A DNA stretch of 64,000 nucleotides from Phoronis australis. Taxonomy: Eukaryota; Animalia; Phoronida. Both the position numbers and the translations under genes were made by a program. The stretch lies in the NCBI GenBank assembly GCA_002633005.1, contig NMRA01000014.1, forward strand, positions 610,955 through 674,954, read 5' to 3'. This document shows positions 1 to 12,450 of this stretch, in pieces. The notes beneath the pieces were generated by a model. That model saw only the letters and a list, made by a program, of their open reading frames with translations. It had not been told where the DNA came from and ran no database searches. How positions within the stretch are numbered: the stretch's first letter is position 1; the number at the start of each line of letters is the position of its first letter.

Positions 1-1449
1 ACACCCGCCGTGTCTCACTGTGTGTGTCGTCAGCTTATACTCTGTGGTGGCATTACTGCGTCATTTTATCTTCACTTGAGAATGAAACAAGTATATTTCG
101 AAATATCGTGTGTCTTTTAATTATGTCGCTAGGTCAGTTACTGTATCTATGTTCAGTAGAGAGTAGAGTTTTGTTCAGAAAGTATGAACGCAACGGAATA
201 AAGACCGTGAACAATGAAAAGTGTCGTGTATTCAACAAATTCTGTTTCTATGTGATGAAAATTTACGTTTTCAAGTTTTTAAAATTTGAATATTGTGAGA
301 TCTATTTAATTTTTGGTTCGGAATTTTTTCCCATTATTTTCCAACAAAAATTATTGTTTGCTCATGCAAAACCCATCATCTCAAAAAAAAATGTTGCCCG
401 AATGTTTCCTTAGCATTTATATAGATGCAAATACCATAAAACGACGAACTTTTAACCTGGTCAGTACAGAATTAGTGCAGTTATGTAATCATTACGGCAC
501 GTCTTTGTGAATTTAAATGTAGACGAACATCCGGTGACCAACAGCAGTAAGAATGCACCCAATGTTATTCCCCTGAGACACTGACCTGGTCAGTACAATG
601 TAATCAATTGATTTCATGCAATTCTTAAAAAAACGTTAGTTCTTGTGCACGTTTCCTTTGTTTTGAGTTGTATTCGTAAGGCAGTTTCCACTGGAAGTCA
701 ACAGTTTGAATTTTATAACCGACGGTCAACTTCGAAGAAAAAGTCGTGTGTTGGCTAGCCTGCGACAATGAAGTTTATATTACTACGAGCAGAGCCAGCA
801 AGAAGACATTTCAGAAGTTTTGGAAGTCAGGTTAGTGCCAGAGAGCGTTCTAAAATCGATTGGCCACAATCGGTGCTGTGATTTCCAACGAACGTGTTAA
901 GTTCACAGAAGTTCAGTTGTTATTGTCAGCCACTCACTAGTCACGCTGTCACACACCGACATGGACTCATTCTGTGTGTGAATTATCTAAACTTCTAACG
1001 CGTAATGTACTTCAGGGGAAGTCTAAACGTTCACGTAAGGCTATTACTCTATTATATTTCTGTCTTCTGAGGTTGTGGCAGTGTGATCAATGCAAGGGGG
1101 GGGGGGGGAANTGTATTCATTAGTTTATACGCCCTCATGCATTAAACTTGAGTTGTTGCTAACCTGAATTTCAATTTTTGCTATCTGTAAAAATCTTGCA
1201 CAGTTTTGGTCATCGGTAGCTTGTATTAAATTAAAACCAAATTTTAACATATAATGATGCCACATATACTTTTATTTTCAATAAATAATTACAATTTTGA
1301 AAAATAGATAGACCGCGAAAAAGTCACCCTTCAGACTTCAGAGCGGCAATCCCCAAGACCGTATTCCTCTTCTTTCGGGAGTTGCCACCGGGAGCCGGGA
1401 ATTCATAAGAAAGACCTTTGGAATTCCCCCTGAATAAATACCAGGCCTT

Positions 1450-2109
1450 TTAAACTGCTGTGTAGTGTAGAAAATATGTCGTCAATCGTTCACTTTTTAG
1501 CTTTTGCGCTTATCTGTATGACTTACATCCGCTGACGAACGCTGTGCTTCCAGCATGGATAAACGCTGGCAAAAATCAAACGTCATCCCGTGTTCACTGT
1601 CTCGCAGGCCAGAAAACCTAATTTCTCATGACGGAACCCATCCCCGCACTCTTTTTGTTTCATATTATTGCTTTGATTCTTTCTGAACTCGTTTTTTAGC
1701 AACTAAACCAATGCTTCCATGTTTAAACGTTTTGCCAGAGTGCAGACGATCAGTAGTATCATGTGACAACTTATTCAGAAACTGCAGGGCACGTTCGGAG
1801 AATCGAAATGATTTGACCGCGAGCGTCATCTGTGCACGCTGCATCACACTTGTTCTATTTTCCTTTCGGTGCTCATTCGAAGACGGGAGTTTCTTTGACG
1901 ACCACAGGGGCTTTTTCGACGGTTTTTATAGGCTTGTGTCGGGGTTCGTTACTTTGGAGCAAATGTCGAGCTGACAGTCTTAGGATCTACTTGCCTATAC
2001 AGCTAGCTTTTTAACTTGCCCATCGGATAAGTACTTTTCAAATTCCACTTGCCCGACGCAAAATCTACATGTGCACGGGCAATCGGGCAACCGTTAGTGT
2101 TGAGCCCTG
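1450..2109 (-). mobile_element. Degraded hAT-like transposon 5' end (TIR plus zinc-finger N-terminus remnant)
   Basis: On the - strand the terminus at 2109 reads CAGGGCTCAACACTAACGGTTGCCCG, which is hAT-like. Frameshifted translation at about 1520-1660 gives RVRGWVPS*EIRFSGLRDSEHGMTFDFCQR...AGSTAFVSGCKSYR, resembling the TTF-type zinc finger of ZNF862-like hAT transposases. Confidence 0.5.
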
Positions 2110-3075
2110 TCATATCACTACAGGTCAATAATTTGCAAGGTTCACTTGCCTCATCCACGTACCAATCCTAAAATATGGGGGTGCTCACCTTTTACTAAAA
2201 CAACGTGGTGTGTTCAGAGCTGTGCACAATGCATTCCTGAATTACAGCTTTTTAGTGGACTCGTGTCTCGTTTTCTCAAATTTTTTTGTTTCTATGAGGC
2301 TGACCTTTGCATGCCCACTTCGGCAAGTGGGGGGGTGCTCGTTCGAGCCTCCCCTTGGTGCGCTTATGTGCTTGGTTCTCAAAATTAAGAATAACCAATG
2401 TTACTATTGTATTGTCTATTTTGACTGATTTGCTCAGATTTGTCGGGAGGATCTAGGTTATTGAATGCGAAAGGACATCCCGATCCCACCCCCCACCCCC
2501 CGGCATACGTCATAATGTACCCAAGTAAACTCTCACCAGTCAACATGTTAACTATTGTTAAGTACAGTGAAACTTGCATAATTCCTATCTAATTGCACCA
2601 AATAATTCAATGCAAATAAGGAAAATCTGTGTGATTTGACTTTGAGATTGAGTATGTGCTTTCAAATTTTTACCGGGTTGTGGAATACTAGAATGTCGCA
2701 AAAGTTTGCATATTCAGACTTAAAATTTTCACATTCAATGCGAGTTCAACTGGTTTTATTGAAATCAAATATTTCAGTTTCATGGTGAAAGTGATAGTTA
2801 ATCTGGTTACAACTTTACCTAGGAGTTGAGTTGAGTTGAATATGGACTGACTAGAATGATCTCCCCATGTCTGTAGTGGCATATTCTTTTCCCTCTAGAA
2901 ATTTGCTTGGAACCTCAATTTAATATCTTTGCAAATGTCAGCCAGTAAAGTGATTGGTAGGAGTACAGGATATAGTGTTTTTATGTTTACTGTAGTACAT
3001 GAAATAATAATTCTATTTTTACTGTAAACTATTATGGTTACGTAAGACTTCTCCTAAAGACCATGCCAGTATCTT

Positions 3076-3238
3076 CAATGGTGGATTCAGAGGACAGCTA
3101 AGGGGCCATGGCCCCGGCCCCCTAAAACGCTACAAGATCAATTGGCAGTTGGGGGGCAGGGGGTGAATATCTGATGGGCAAAACCCTACTCTGGCCCAAC
3201 CCCCCAACTCAAATTCCTGGACCCCCCCACCGCCCCTG
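3076..3238 (+). mobile_element. Short hAT-type MITE (CAGTGGCGGATC-like family)
   Basis: Starts CAATGGTGGATTCAG with GGGGCCATGGCCCC and ends CCGCCCCTG. Related ends occur at about 34800, 40578-40744 and 46414-46637. Confidence 0.45.
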
Positions 3239-3959
3239 ATCTTTACATGGATAACATTCCCTGTAAATGGGTTATGTCTGGATTCTGAAGAAGCTATCAA
3301 ATGCTGTTATGTTTGCTAATATCTCATTGTTTTCAGGTCTCTATTAACTTGGCGGAGTACTTGGAAGAACTAGACATCCAAACATTTGCATCGAAACAAT
3401 CACCCAGGGGTGGTATTGGGCTGTTTACATCGACATGGCAGGTAGAGCTTCATATGTTTCATTGTTGAGTTAAAAATAGTGCTGCTATCAGGTTTGAATT
3501 TGAAACAATATGAATTTGTCCTTGGTTTAGCCAATGGGCTTATAATCTTTAACAAGCTCACTTGATGCCATTTGGTCAAGTCAATCTAAAGCTTCTTGGT
3601 TTTGCTATAAGTTTCAGAAAGGACACGCGGAAGTATACATGTCAGATTAAACTTTCAGTTCTAACCCTGGTTGTGCCGGCTAAATGTCCATGAAACATTA
3701 GTAAGAAGTTCTATGGTGGCTGGAGACAGCTAGTTAGAATACAACTAGCTCTGCTCATTATGTAGAGTTGTGCATTTTCTTATCAGATTAACGAATTAAA
3801 CAATGAAAAGTTCATAAAAATAGTGGGAATTGAAGTTTATTGCAGTTGCCAACAGTTTCATCATTTGATAAAAATATTAATTAATTTGTCATAGAACTTG
3901 AACTAAAAAGTTACATAATACGATACCTGGTTAGCCTGAAGTCCAACTTTTATTAACAC

Positions 3960-4808
3960 NNNNNNNNNNNNNNNNNNNNNNNNNNNNNNNNNNNNNNNNN
4001 NNNNNNNNNNNNNNNNNNNNNNNNNNNNNNNNNNNNNNNNNNNNNNNNNNNNNNNNNNNNNNNNNNNNNNNNNNNNNNNNNNNNNNNNNNNNNNNNNNNN
4101 NNNNNNNNNNNNNNNNNNNNNNNNNNNNNNNNNNNNNNNNNNNNNNNNNNNNNNNNNNNNNNNNNNNNNNNNNNNNNNNNNNNNNNNNNNNNNNNNNNNN
4201 NNNNNNNNNNNNNNNNNNNNNNNNNNNNNNNNNNNNNNNNNNNNNNNNNNNNNNNNNNNNNNNNNNNNNNNNNNNNNNNNNNNNNNNNNNNNNNNNNNNN
4301 NNNNNNNNNNNNNNNNNNNNNNNNNNNNNNNNNNNNNNNNNNNNNNNNNNNNNNNNNNNNNNNNNNNNNNNNNNNNNNNNNNNNNNNNNNNNNNNNNNNN
4401 NNNNNNNNNNNNNNNNNNNNNNNNNNNNNNNNNNNNNNNNNNNNNNNNNNNNNNNNNNNNNNNNNNNNNNNNNNNNNNNNNNNNNNNNNNNNNNNNNNNN
4501 NNNNNNNNNNNNNNNNNNNNNNNNNNNNNNNNNNNNNNNNNNNNNNNNNNNNNNNNNNNNNNNNNNNNNNNNNNNNNNNNNNNNNNNNNNNNNNNNNNNN
4601 NNNNNNNNNNNNNNNNNNNNNNNNNNNNNNNNNNNNNNNNNNNNNNNNNNNNNNNNNNNNNNNNNNNNNNNNNNNNNNNNNNNNNNNNNNNNNNNNNNNN
4701 NNNNNNNNNNNNNNNNNNNNNNNNNNNNNNNNNNNNNNNNNNNNNNNNNNNNNNNNNNNNNNNNNNNNNNNNNNNNNNNNNNNNNNNNNNNNNNNNNNNN
4801 NNNNNNNN
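3960..4808. other. Assembly gap (N run)
   Basis: Run of N. Confidence 0.99.
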
Positions 4809-5269
4809 GTGACTTGTTATTCTTGGTGTCATTGCTGTAATTTTAGTTGAAACGTAGACTTTTGTTGTGACTTTCCTGGCTATGTAATCACATTTTCTTT
4901 GGTTGTGTTTCATGATTTGGTAGTGATTTCTCTGTTTGTACATTCCATTTTGCTCCCTCAGTTATCGCATAATTGTCATAGATTAAGAACGATGCAAATA
5001 ATGAACATGTTATTAGCCTCATTTAGTTTTCACTGCATTGTATGCATGACACTTGATAAACTGATTTTTGAAATGTTTCTGGTTTTTAAGATTTTGATAT
5101 TTCACTTATGTTCACTTATTTTATGGAACTAGTGTATTTTAGGCAGTGCATTTTATTTTCTGCAATTAATCACTGTTAATGTAATGTTAATAAAACTTTA
5201 TGAGAATCATTAAATTTGTTACTGTACTCCACTCTTGTTTTAGTGAAAGTCGAAATTTTTAAATGTCTG

Positions 5270-5619
5270 TCCTATTAAAACTTATTGCTTTTAGAAAACT
5301 TCAGTTTTCAAAAGTTAGAAAACTTATGTTCGGAAAACTTAGTTTTCAAAAATTTAAGTTTTGATGACTTATGTTTGTTACAAAAAACTTGTTCCAAAAC
5401 TTAAGTTTTTCAAAAAATTAAGTATTTTGGAACAAGTTTTTTGGAACGAACTTAAGTTTTTGAAAACTTAAGTTATGAAAATTGAAGTTCGTTCCAAAAA
5501 AATTGTTCCAATATACTTAAGTTTTCGACAAAAACTTAAGTTTTCGGGAATGAAAACTTAAGTTTTTCAGACCAAAAACTTAAGTTTTTCAATGAAAACT
5601 TAAGTTCATTTTTGTAAGG
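5270..5619 (-). repeat. Array of palindromic AAAACTTAAGTTTT units ending in a CCCTTACAAAAATG terminus (MITE end)
   Basis: Many degenerate AAAACTTAAGTTTT palindromes. 5565-5619 is the reverse complement of about 21693-21747 (CCCTTACAAAAATGAACTTAAGTTTT...GGTCTGAAA). Confidence 0.7.
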
Positions 5620-7924
5620 GATGAGCTAGGATAATTGACTTTGCTTATGCGGATACGATCAGCTGAGACCATCTAGCCTAGCCGACTGTATTTTTTGTGC
5701 AAAGTGTCTTACGTTGTTTTCACCGTAATATTTGATAAAAAAGAATAAAAAGATATTGATACAACTCTGAATTTTCCAAATTGGTCCAAGATAACAGATG
5801 CTGAAATACAACAACACTCACGATTTTTTCTCCTTCCGGCGCACACGAATACAAAAACAAGGCACGATTTAGGATAAGATCATTGTCGACTTACTCCTTG
5901 GAGTATTCATATTTTGGAACAAATGCGTTGTAATATTCGAAATACGTTTATTTTAGCTATTATTAGCTCAAAACCAAGATCGTTTAATTTCAATGTGCAC
6001 ATTCACTGTTATCCCACCACATCGGCAAATTCCAAGATCTCTCTCACTGCGAGCGCGCGTATGAATCCAAAACAAAGGATCCTCGAGAAATATTTTGATA
6101 CATTCCTGGCCTACGGCTATCATAATTGAACGTTAGTATGCCTTGTTATTGGCAGCAATACGGTAAATCGAATTTGGATTTTGGCGAAAGTCTTCATAGC
6201 TGGCTGGCTAGGTACCACTGTGTGTTCTGCTCCGTTACATCCCCAAATTTCACATAACCCGGTTAGTTCTGCTCGTCACCTCGTCGTGAAACACGTTATA
6301 TCAACATGTAGAGCCTAGGACTATATTGTCGTATTACTCCCAAGTAAACCTAACCACTGTCAGGCAGTCACCAGATAATTACCTTACCCGTTGCAGCCGT
6401 TTAAGTGAAAAAACAATTTAATAAACGTCATTTCCTTGCATAGTTCTCAGCATTGTGTAGCAAGGAAAAGTCCGTCATCGTTTTGAAAACAGTTTTCTCG
6501 TGAGACGCGCACATCCCATTTCCTAAAATTTTTGCGACATCTCTTGTGAGATGATGACAACAGCGCAGCAGCAAAATTTGTTCTAAAATTCAGTTTCTGG
6601 TTTCAAAATACTAAAAACTTGAAACAAAATGAAACCAGATCGGATAATTTTGACAACCTAGTGAAAAAAAAACATCTGATTGAGGAATCGACAAAAAATG
6701 GCTACTATCACGTAATAATTCATGGAGTCGAAAGCCGAGCAAAAGATTCACCTCATTTTTTTGCAGGAGAATAACGGTAGGACACTTATTTTCCAACACT
6801 GCGGTAAATGATTTAGTTTAATCAAGGAAGAATGTAGTTTTTAAGTATCAATCCACGTATCCATCGACCACTGTACAGCCATCAAGCGGCTAGGTGGTGG
6901 GTCAGCCATTCAGATCCATGTTTAGTCTGATAAATCACATTAAAGATGAGAGAAATTGAGTGAAGTATGACACCACAATGTTTGGTGGTTTAGGAGATAC
7001 AGGGGAAGTGTTCTGGGGGGCAACGTGAGGCATTTTTTTGGTGTGGAATGAGTCATTTTTTACCAAAATTTCTACTCCAGTTTCTGTTTCAAACAGAATC
7101 TTTTCTGAACAATTTTGATATCACACGATGAGTTCATGACCAATGTCTGTAAAAACGGCACCGACACTGAAATATCGGTTACCATGGTAACACTGAAACT
7201 GTTTCCCTGGAGGTACATTTCATTCATGTGAAAAACCAGCAGTAAGTTGTACCCTTATAGCGAAGCTGCCCTCGAGAAAACTAAAAACAATAACATGGAC
7301 ATGTACAAGACTCCATGTCCTTGAAATTAATACAATAAAAACTTTGTCAGCCCTTCAGGCAATCTTCGAAATATGTGTCTGAATTTCACGATTTTCAGAC
7401 TACGTACGTGTATTTGTCGTGTTAAACCAGTCACTAGTTGTGCGCCGTTTCTACGCATTAAAGTGCCGTGATATAATACAACAATTAAAAGAATTGGTTT
7501 TTGATTAATTTTAAGGAGATTAGTAGAACCCACTAAAATATGAACTTTTTCTAGATCTGTTCACTCAGCTCATTGAATACCAAACTAAGGCATACAATGC
7601 GTTAGTTAAATAAATGGCTGATCTAAAGTGCGGGTTTGCGAATTTATCTATTTATCTGGCACTGCCAGTCGCATCGAATGTGGTATTTTTACAAATTGCG
7701 AAGAGAGACAACTTTGGAAACTCTTGGGAAATGCACAAGAAATAGAGCGAGACATTTGAGAACCTTAAACGTGAGCGGAGCTGATGTGGAGGGGGAACGT
7801 GTCCTCCTGAGATGTAGTCTGTCTGATTGTCTGCCTCGGAGACAGGTGTGCAGCAGGAGCTACATAATCTACCGTAGTAGATTCACTTGCCCGAATCATC
7901 GTTACAACCCTCGACATATTTTGG

Positions 7925-8514
7925 CGTCGTAAAGACACTGAGTACATCTATTGTACACTAGAGCAGAATTCTGATAGAGGTCTGAAAAATAACCAAAGAC
8001 GTTGAGTCAAGGTCCAACGTTCTGCTTCGTGTGAGCTCGGGTAGGAATCACCAAACTCCAGCGTCTGACCCTGCAATAGAAGCACGTCATTCATGCAAAA
8101 ATACTTTTATTGACACACCGTGATTGCTTATAACTTGGGCCTTATTGCTTAATCATATCGTCTTTAAATGTGTTGATGTATATGCAGTGCATGTATAAAT
8201 TGGTGTTGTAATAAAGAAAGGAGGTCGGCTGGCCAAGCAGACACACAGGTTCGGGCCTATTTACGCGGTGCAAGAGAAAAGTCCGGAGTATACTCACATT
8301 ACGTCCGTACAGGACGGCAGCGAACTCCAGAACAGAAGGCCCAGACGATCTTGTCACGTGGTCTTGAAGGGTGAGTGGCCACGTGATAGAAGGGTGACCT
8401 CGGCTGGGCTCGTCTGGCGTCAGATGTCGCACCAGGCCAAGACCAACATTGTCACGAAAAGGACATCACAACATAGAGACGCCACAGCCGAGACTGACGT
8501 CGACATTTACTACA
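7925..8514 (-). mobile_element. Probable solo LTR (Gypsy-like, about 590 bp)
   Basis: Ends CGTCGTAAA...TTTACTACA form an imperfect inverted repeat of TGTAGTAAA. Flanked by TTGG direct repeats (7921-7924 and 8515-8518). AATAAA on the - strand at about 8106-8111; GC content higher than the flanks. Confidence 0.6.
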
Positions 8515-8656
8515 TTGGCATAGAAAATAGGTAGTCATCATAACTTTTCATAATAACCACCAAATGTGTGTTGACTTCTGCCAATGACCTAATTATAGAG
8601 AGGAGGGAGTACGTTATGTCTGTCAATGAATTTCTGCGATATGAAGTTAATTAACT

Positions 8657-8682
8657 TTAAAATTAGCGCGTAAGTAAATAAC

Positions 8683-8723
<41 letters not shown>

Positions 8724-9427
8724 TATCCAACGTTTTGGTATATTTCATTAAACCATTCTCAAGGAAACAGTTACAAACAGAAAACTAGGGACACAGGTAT
8801 TTAGGTAATAGTAGTAGTGTAGTCGAGAGGCAGATCAAGAGAATGCTTGGAGCTATTGCTCCATGTTTGAAACTCGTTACTATCTTCAAACCTGTAAACA
8901 GACTTTTGTCGATGTCGAGACTTGAAACACCGTTGAGTAATTCTCAAAGAAGTCATGTTGTGTACAAACTCAACTGCAGTGACTGTGAACAGTTTTACAT
9001 TGGACTGACGAACAGCATTCTTAGCATAAGAGTAAAAGAACGCTGTAAAGAGACACACAGTGATGTTCTCAATCATTCCTTGACAACTGCATGGTCACAC
9101 TATAGATTACTCTGGTGCTCAGATCCTAGATAAGGATAATGCCACCCTGAGGCTCCTCATAAAGGAGGCTATAAACATACATTCGTTTGAATCATGCTGA
9201 GCGTTACCTTAATAGAAACATTGCTTCATTTGAGGTCCAACTGTTTCGATTTCTGGTCTCTCCCCCTCAAAATGCAATTTGATGTGTACCTGTACAGTAT
9301 CTTTTCTACGTGTGTCGATTGTTTTGTGGTTGTAACTGTTTTCCTTGAGAATGGTTTAATGGAATAAACCGAAACGTTCTATTGGATAGATATGTCGTCA
9401 TTTAATTAAGCGCTAATTTTAAAATTC
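8657..9427 (+). mobile_element. Penelope-like retroelement 3' fragment (GIY-YIG endonuclease) with inverted pseudo-LTR
   Basis: ORF 8843-9133 contains SHVVYKLNCSDCEQFYIGLTNSILSIRVKE, a Penelope GIY-YIG motif. 8657-8790 is an inverted copy of about 9300-9427, interrupted by a (TA)n expansion. Confidence 0.85.
8686..8721. repeat. (TA)n microsatellite
   Basis: Seen directly. Confidence 0.95.
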
Positions 9428-9839
9428 GTGCTTCTGTTCTGGCCTAAATCAAATATAATCGAAGTTAATCAAACATGCTAAAGCCGTCAAAAATATTGGT
9501 GTATTTCTCAAAAAAACATTGGTCACTTGTTTTATGCTTCAGTGTTATGAAGAGAAATATAATACACAACTCATTCATTTCACAATGAACGCTGACACAT
9601 AGGCATTGCTAATAATTTAAATCAGTCTCAATATTTTCTACATGTAATGTGCTATACTTCTGTTTTATAACTTCCTGTCACATACATAGAAATTCATTTT
9701 GATATTTTATAATCAAATATGAATGACTTATTTGTGATGCCTTTACTTTAGCTTGGTATTCACATTTTTGGAGCCGAAATGGCCACATTAAATTTAATGT
9801 TTACTTTTTTCATTAATACAATTTTTGGAATCAGGAAGG

Positions 9840-10075
9840 GCTTATGCTGAAGAAGTGACCTGCTGATTATGGAAAAGTTCAAAACTAACAAGAGGGTACT
9901 ACCCTGCTGGACAACTAAGTGAGGGGGCTAGAGAGAGGCCAAAAAGTCTACTCCCAGAAGACATGTCACAGAGAATTTGTAACTTGAGGAACGAGTCGGG
10001 GAAGAGGTATTTGCCAAAGATTACTGGTTTATACCACAACAGGTCCAAAGTAATTTGTTGAGCCACTCATGGGAT
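9840..10075 (+). pseudogene. Sola3-like transposase C-terminal fragment
   Basis: Frameshifted PEDMSQRICNLRNESGKR.FAKDYWFIPQQVQS resembles the KxxPxxVxxxMRxxxxxxGxRxFxxxEWLTxxQIxSFFSR motif also seen at 43600-43730. Confidence 0.4.
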
Positions 10076-11784
10076 ACTGGGACAGAGGAAGTGGAGCATG
10101 CATTGGAAATAGGCAATCTGCGATTTTCAAGGATGTAGCATTGTAAAAATTCATAGGGAGGAAAAAGTACAGTGGCTGGACCTGTAAATGCTCTGGCTGA
10201 TCTGCTAAATCCAGTGATAGCATTAGTATGTCAGCACAGCTGCGTAGGGAAGTAGGCTTGTAGCTTTGTTTGCACCTTTACCTGGAATGAGCTTTTGTCC
10301 AGGCACCGATCATTATCCTGGGCCAGTGGATTAAGTTTGTACAGCCACATGGTAATGGTACATTTTTCTTTTTGTTCAGCCACTGTATGTTTTGGTGTGA
10401 CAAGATTTCTCAGTGTGGCTATCACATTTGGATTCTTTCTAACCACTGTACTGTTTCTTTTCCTTGAAGTTGCTTAATTTATCTAAATTTATGTTTCCGA
10501 ATTTTAATTTCCATTATAGATATTTGTTTGCAAATGGGTGTTTATTACTGAAATTTGAGCCCCTGTTGCAGTTAGGCTGATTTTGTTCACTTATCTTTCT
10601 GCCTGGGTTGTAAACCCACATTCTGTCCAGGAGGTAAAGTTATGATTTAGACCATTTACTTCAAGAAATTTTGCTCAACTTGTTCCTTATCCAGATGAGA
10701 AGTGATTTCTGGAATTGCAGTGAATTGACAGCTTGCGATACCTTCAGACCATGTTGTGTGTATAAAATGACACACTATTAGACTGGTCTCTAGCAATTAC
10801 AAATTTCCAAATCTTTCCAAATTCTGAAATTGCTCAAAAGTGACCTGGAAATAATACCTAATTCATGATGGTAAAATGTCTAAATCAAAATTTGTTTGAT
10901 GTGATTTTAGGCGAGTTTATGTCCACTTCAAATGGTTCATGTTGCAGTACTGAAAAGTATTGGCACATTAGCTCTGCTGGCTCCTTGTTTTTTGACAAAC
11001 TGACCATTTATGGTTCCCATGGGTAATTTTGTTACTGGTCTAGTATGTATGTACAACTGAAATCGTGCGGCAATTGTAATGCAAACCATGTTGCAAAAGT
11101 ATTTCCTTCATAACCATTTCATTGTAAAAATGCTGCCTAATTGGAACCCACAAAACCAATTTTTCAAGTTGTGGTGGTTATTTTTGATAAGAACATTGAT
11201 GTGGTACATACAGCTACCTCATGTTTGGGAAGAAGAGATATCCAGTGTTGTCAGCAACATTGCGAAATTACTTTTTGCAGTGAGACTACATCACCTTAAA
11301 TGTAATTCCCTGACTTAATGGGTTTTGTGTGGTGGACTGTGTCCTGCAGCAATTGTAGTGTTGAAAAGATCTAGATTGCATTTTTTATTCGAGCAATTTT
11401 GACTGTACAGTTATCTTTGTATTGTATGATGAAACCATATTTTGTAGTACACAAGTCTCTGATTGGTATTTTGTATTTTTTCACAAGGAATATTTTCAAC
11501 TTAGATGTGTTGTCTGTGAGGTAGGCAACTTTCAAATAAGGTAAGGAATAAATCTATCAAATATTATTTTTAGATGTGTGATCTTCCAATTAGTGATTAC
11601 TTTTAAAAAACCAATGCAGAATTTGATTTTACTCTTCATTTAAAGGAGAATAAATCCATAAACCAGCATTGTCTAGAAATTTTACTCAAACTACAGGGTT
11701 GAGGATTGGAATCTTAGTACAAGAGTCTGAACCCGTACCATGAACAATACAACACAATACATGGATATAACAATTTTGTGTTTA

Positions 11785-12450
11785 GGCTCCACGAAAAGGA
11801 TTCGTGTGCACGGCAATAGTTACTGAGGTGCGTGGTCATTGTTTGTGGATACTTTGGGATTCCTCGTCTGTGGTCATCCACGAGAAACCTGGTCGCATAG
11901 AGAACAATAGATTAGCATATCCATTGTTCCCGTTGTTATAATAAAGGTAATGACGAACACTTACGGACAACGGTGTGATGACGCCCAAAGCTCTATATCC
12001 ATGCGACCTGTGTTGTTATATCCAACAATGACACAACAGAGGAAAACAATGATAGGACCGATGGGCGATATACATGCAACAAGTTGCCACGGACAGTGGT
12101 GGAGTTTGTCTTGTCATTCGGATGTTTTTAGAGAACTGCAAATGCGGTATTTCGTCAGGAAAATTTCTGCGGTCTTTTGGTTTAAGTCGTGGGAAAAATT
12201 GTGGTCATGCCACCAAACTTATCATTCATTTGATATTACAATGCATTGCATGGACATTTGATCAACAGAAAATCTGACATGAATATGTGTGAAGAAATAC
12301 CCATGAGGAAATTGCAAGGTATAACAACTGTAAATAAAAATAACCTACATTTGTCGAGTGCATGTCTAACCCTGTTCACTGTGGAGGATATAATTGGATT
12401 TTTGCCAAATGGAGCCATGTATGGTATCTAGGAGTACTATAGCCTTAGGT
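11785..12450 (+). pseudogene. Sola3-like transposase catalytic-region fragment
   Basis: Frameshifted pieces DAQS..YPCD, MQQVATDSGGV, KLQGITT and FLPNGAM...EYYSL resemble the Sola3 motifs QxGKxxCD, MKxALxSxGGV, IxGIxxL and FxFxxxGxxxWxxYxIG. Confidence 0.4.

Noticed and set aside
24-510. Short ORFs at the window start
   Set aside because: Low-complexity AT-rich translations without motifs; consistent with chance.
3903-4943. 346-aa ORF
   Set aside because: Artefact of translating through the N gap.
5270-5619. CRISPR-like repeat array
   Set aside because: Degenerate short AT-rich palindromes with irregular, non-unique spacing; no cas genes; eukaryotic context.
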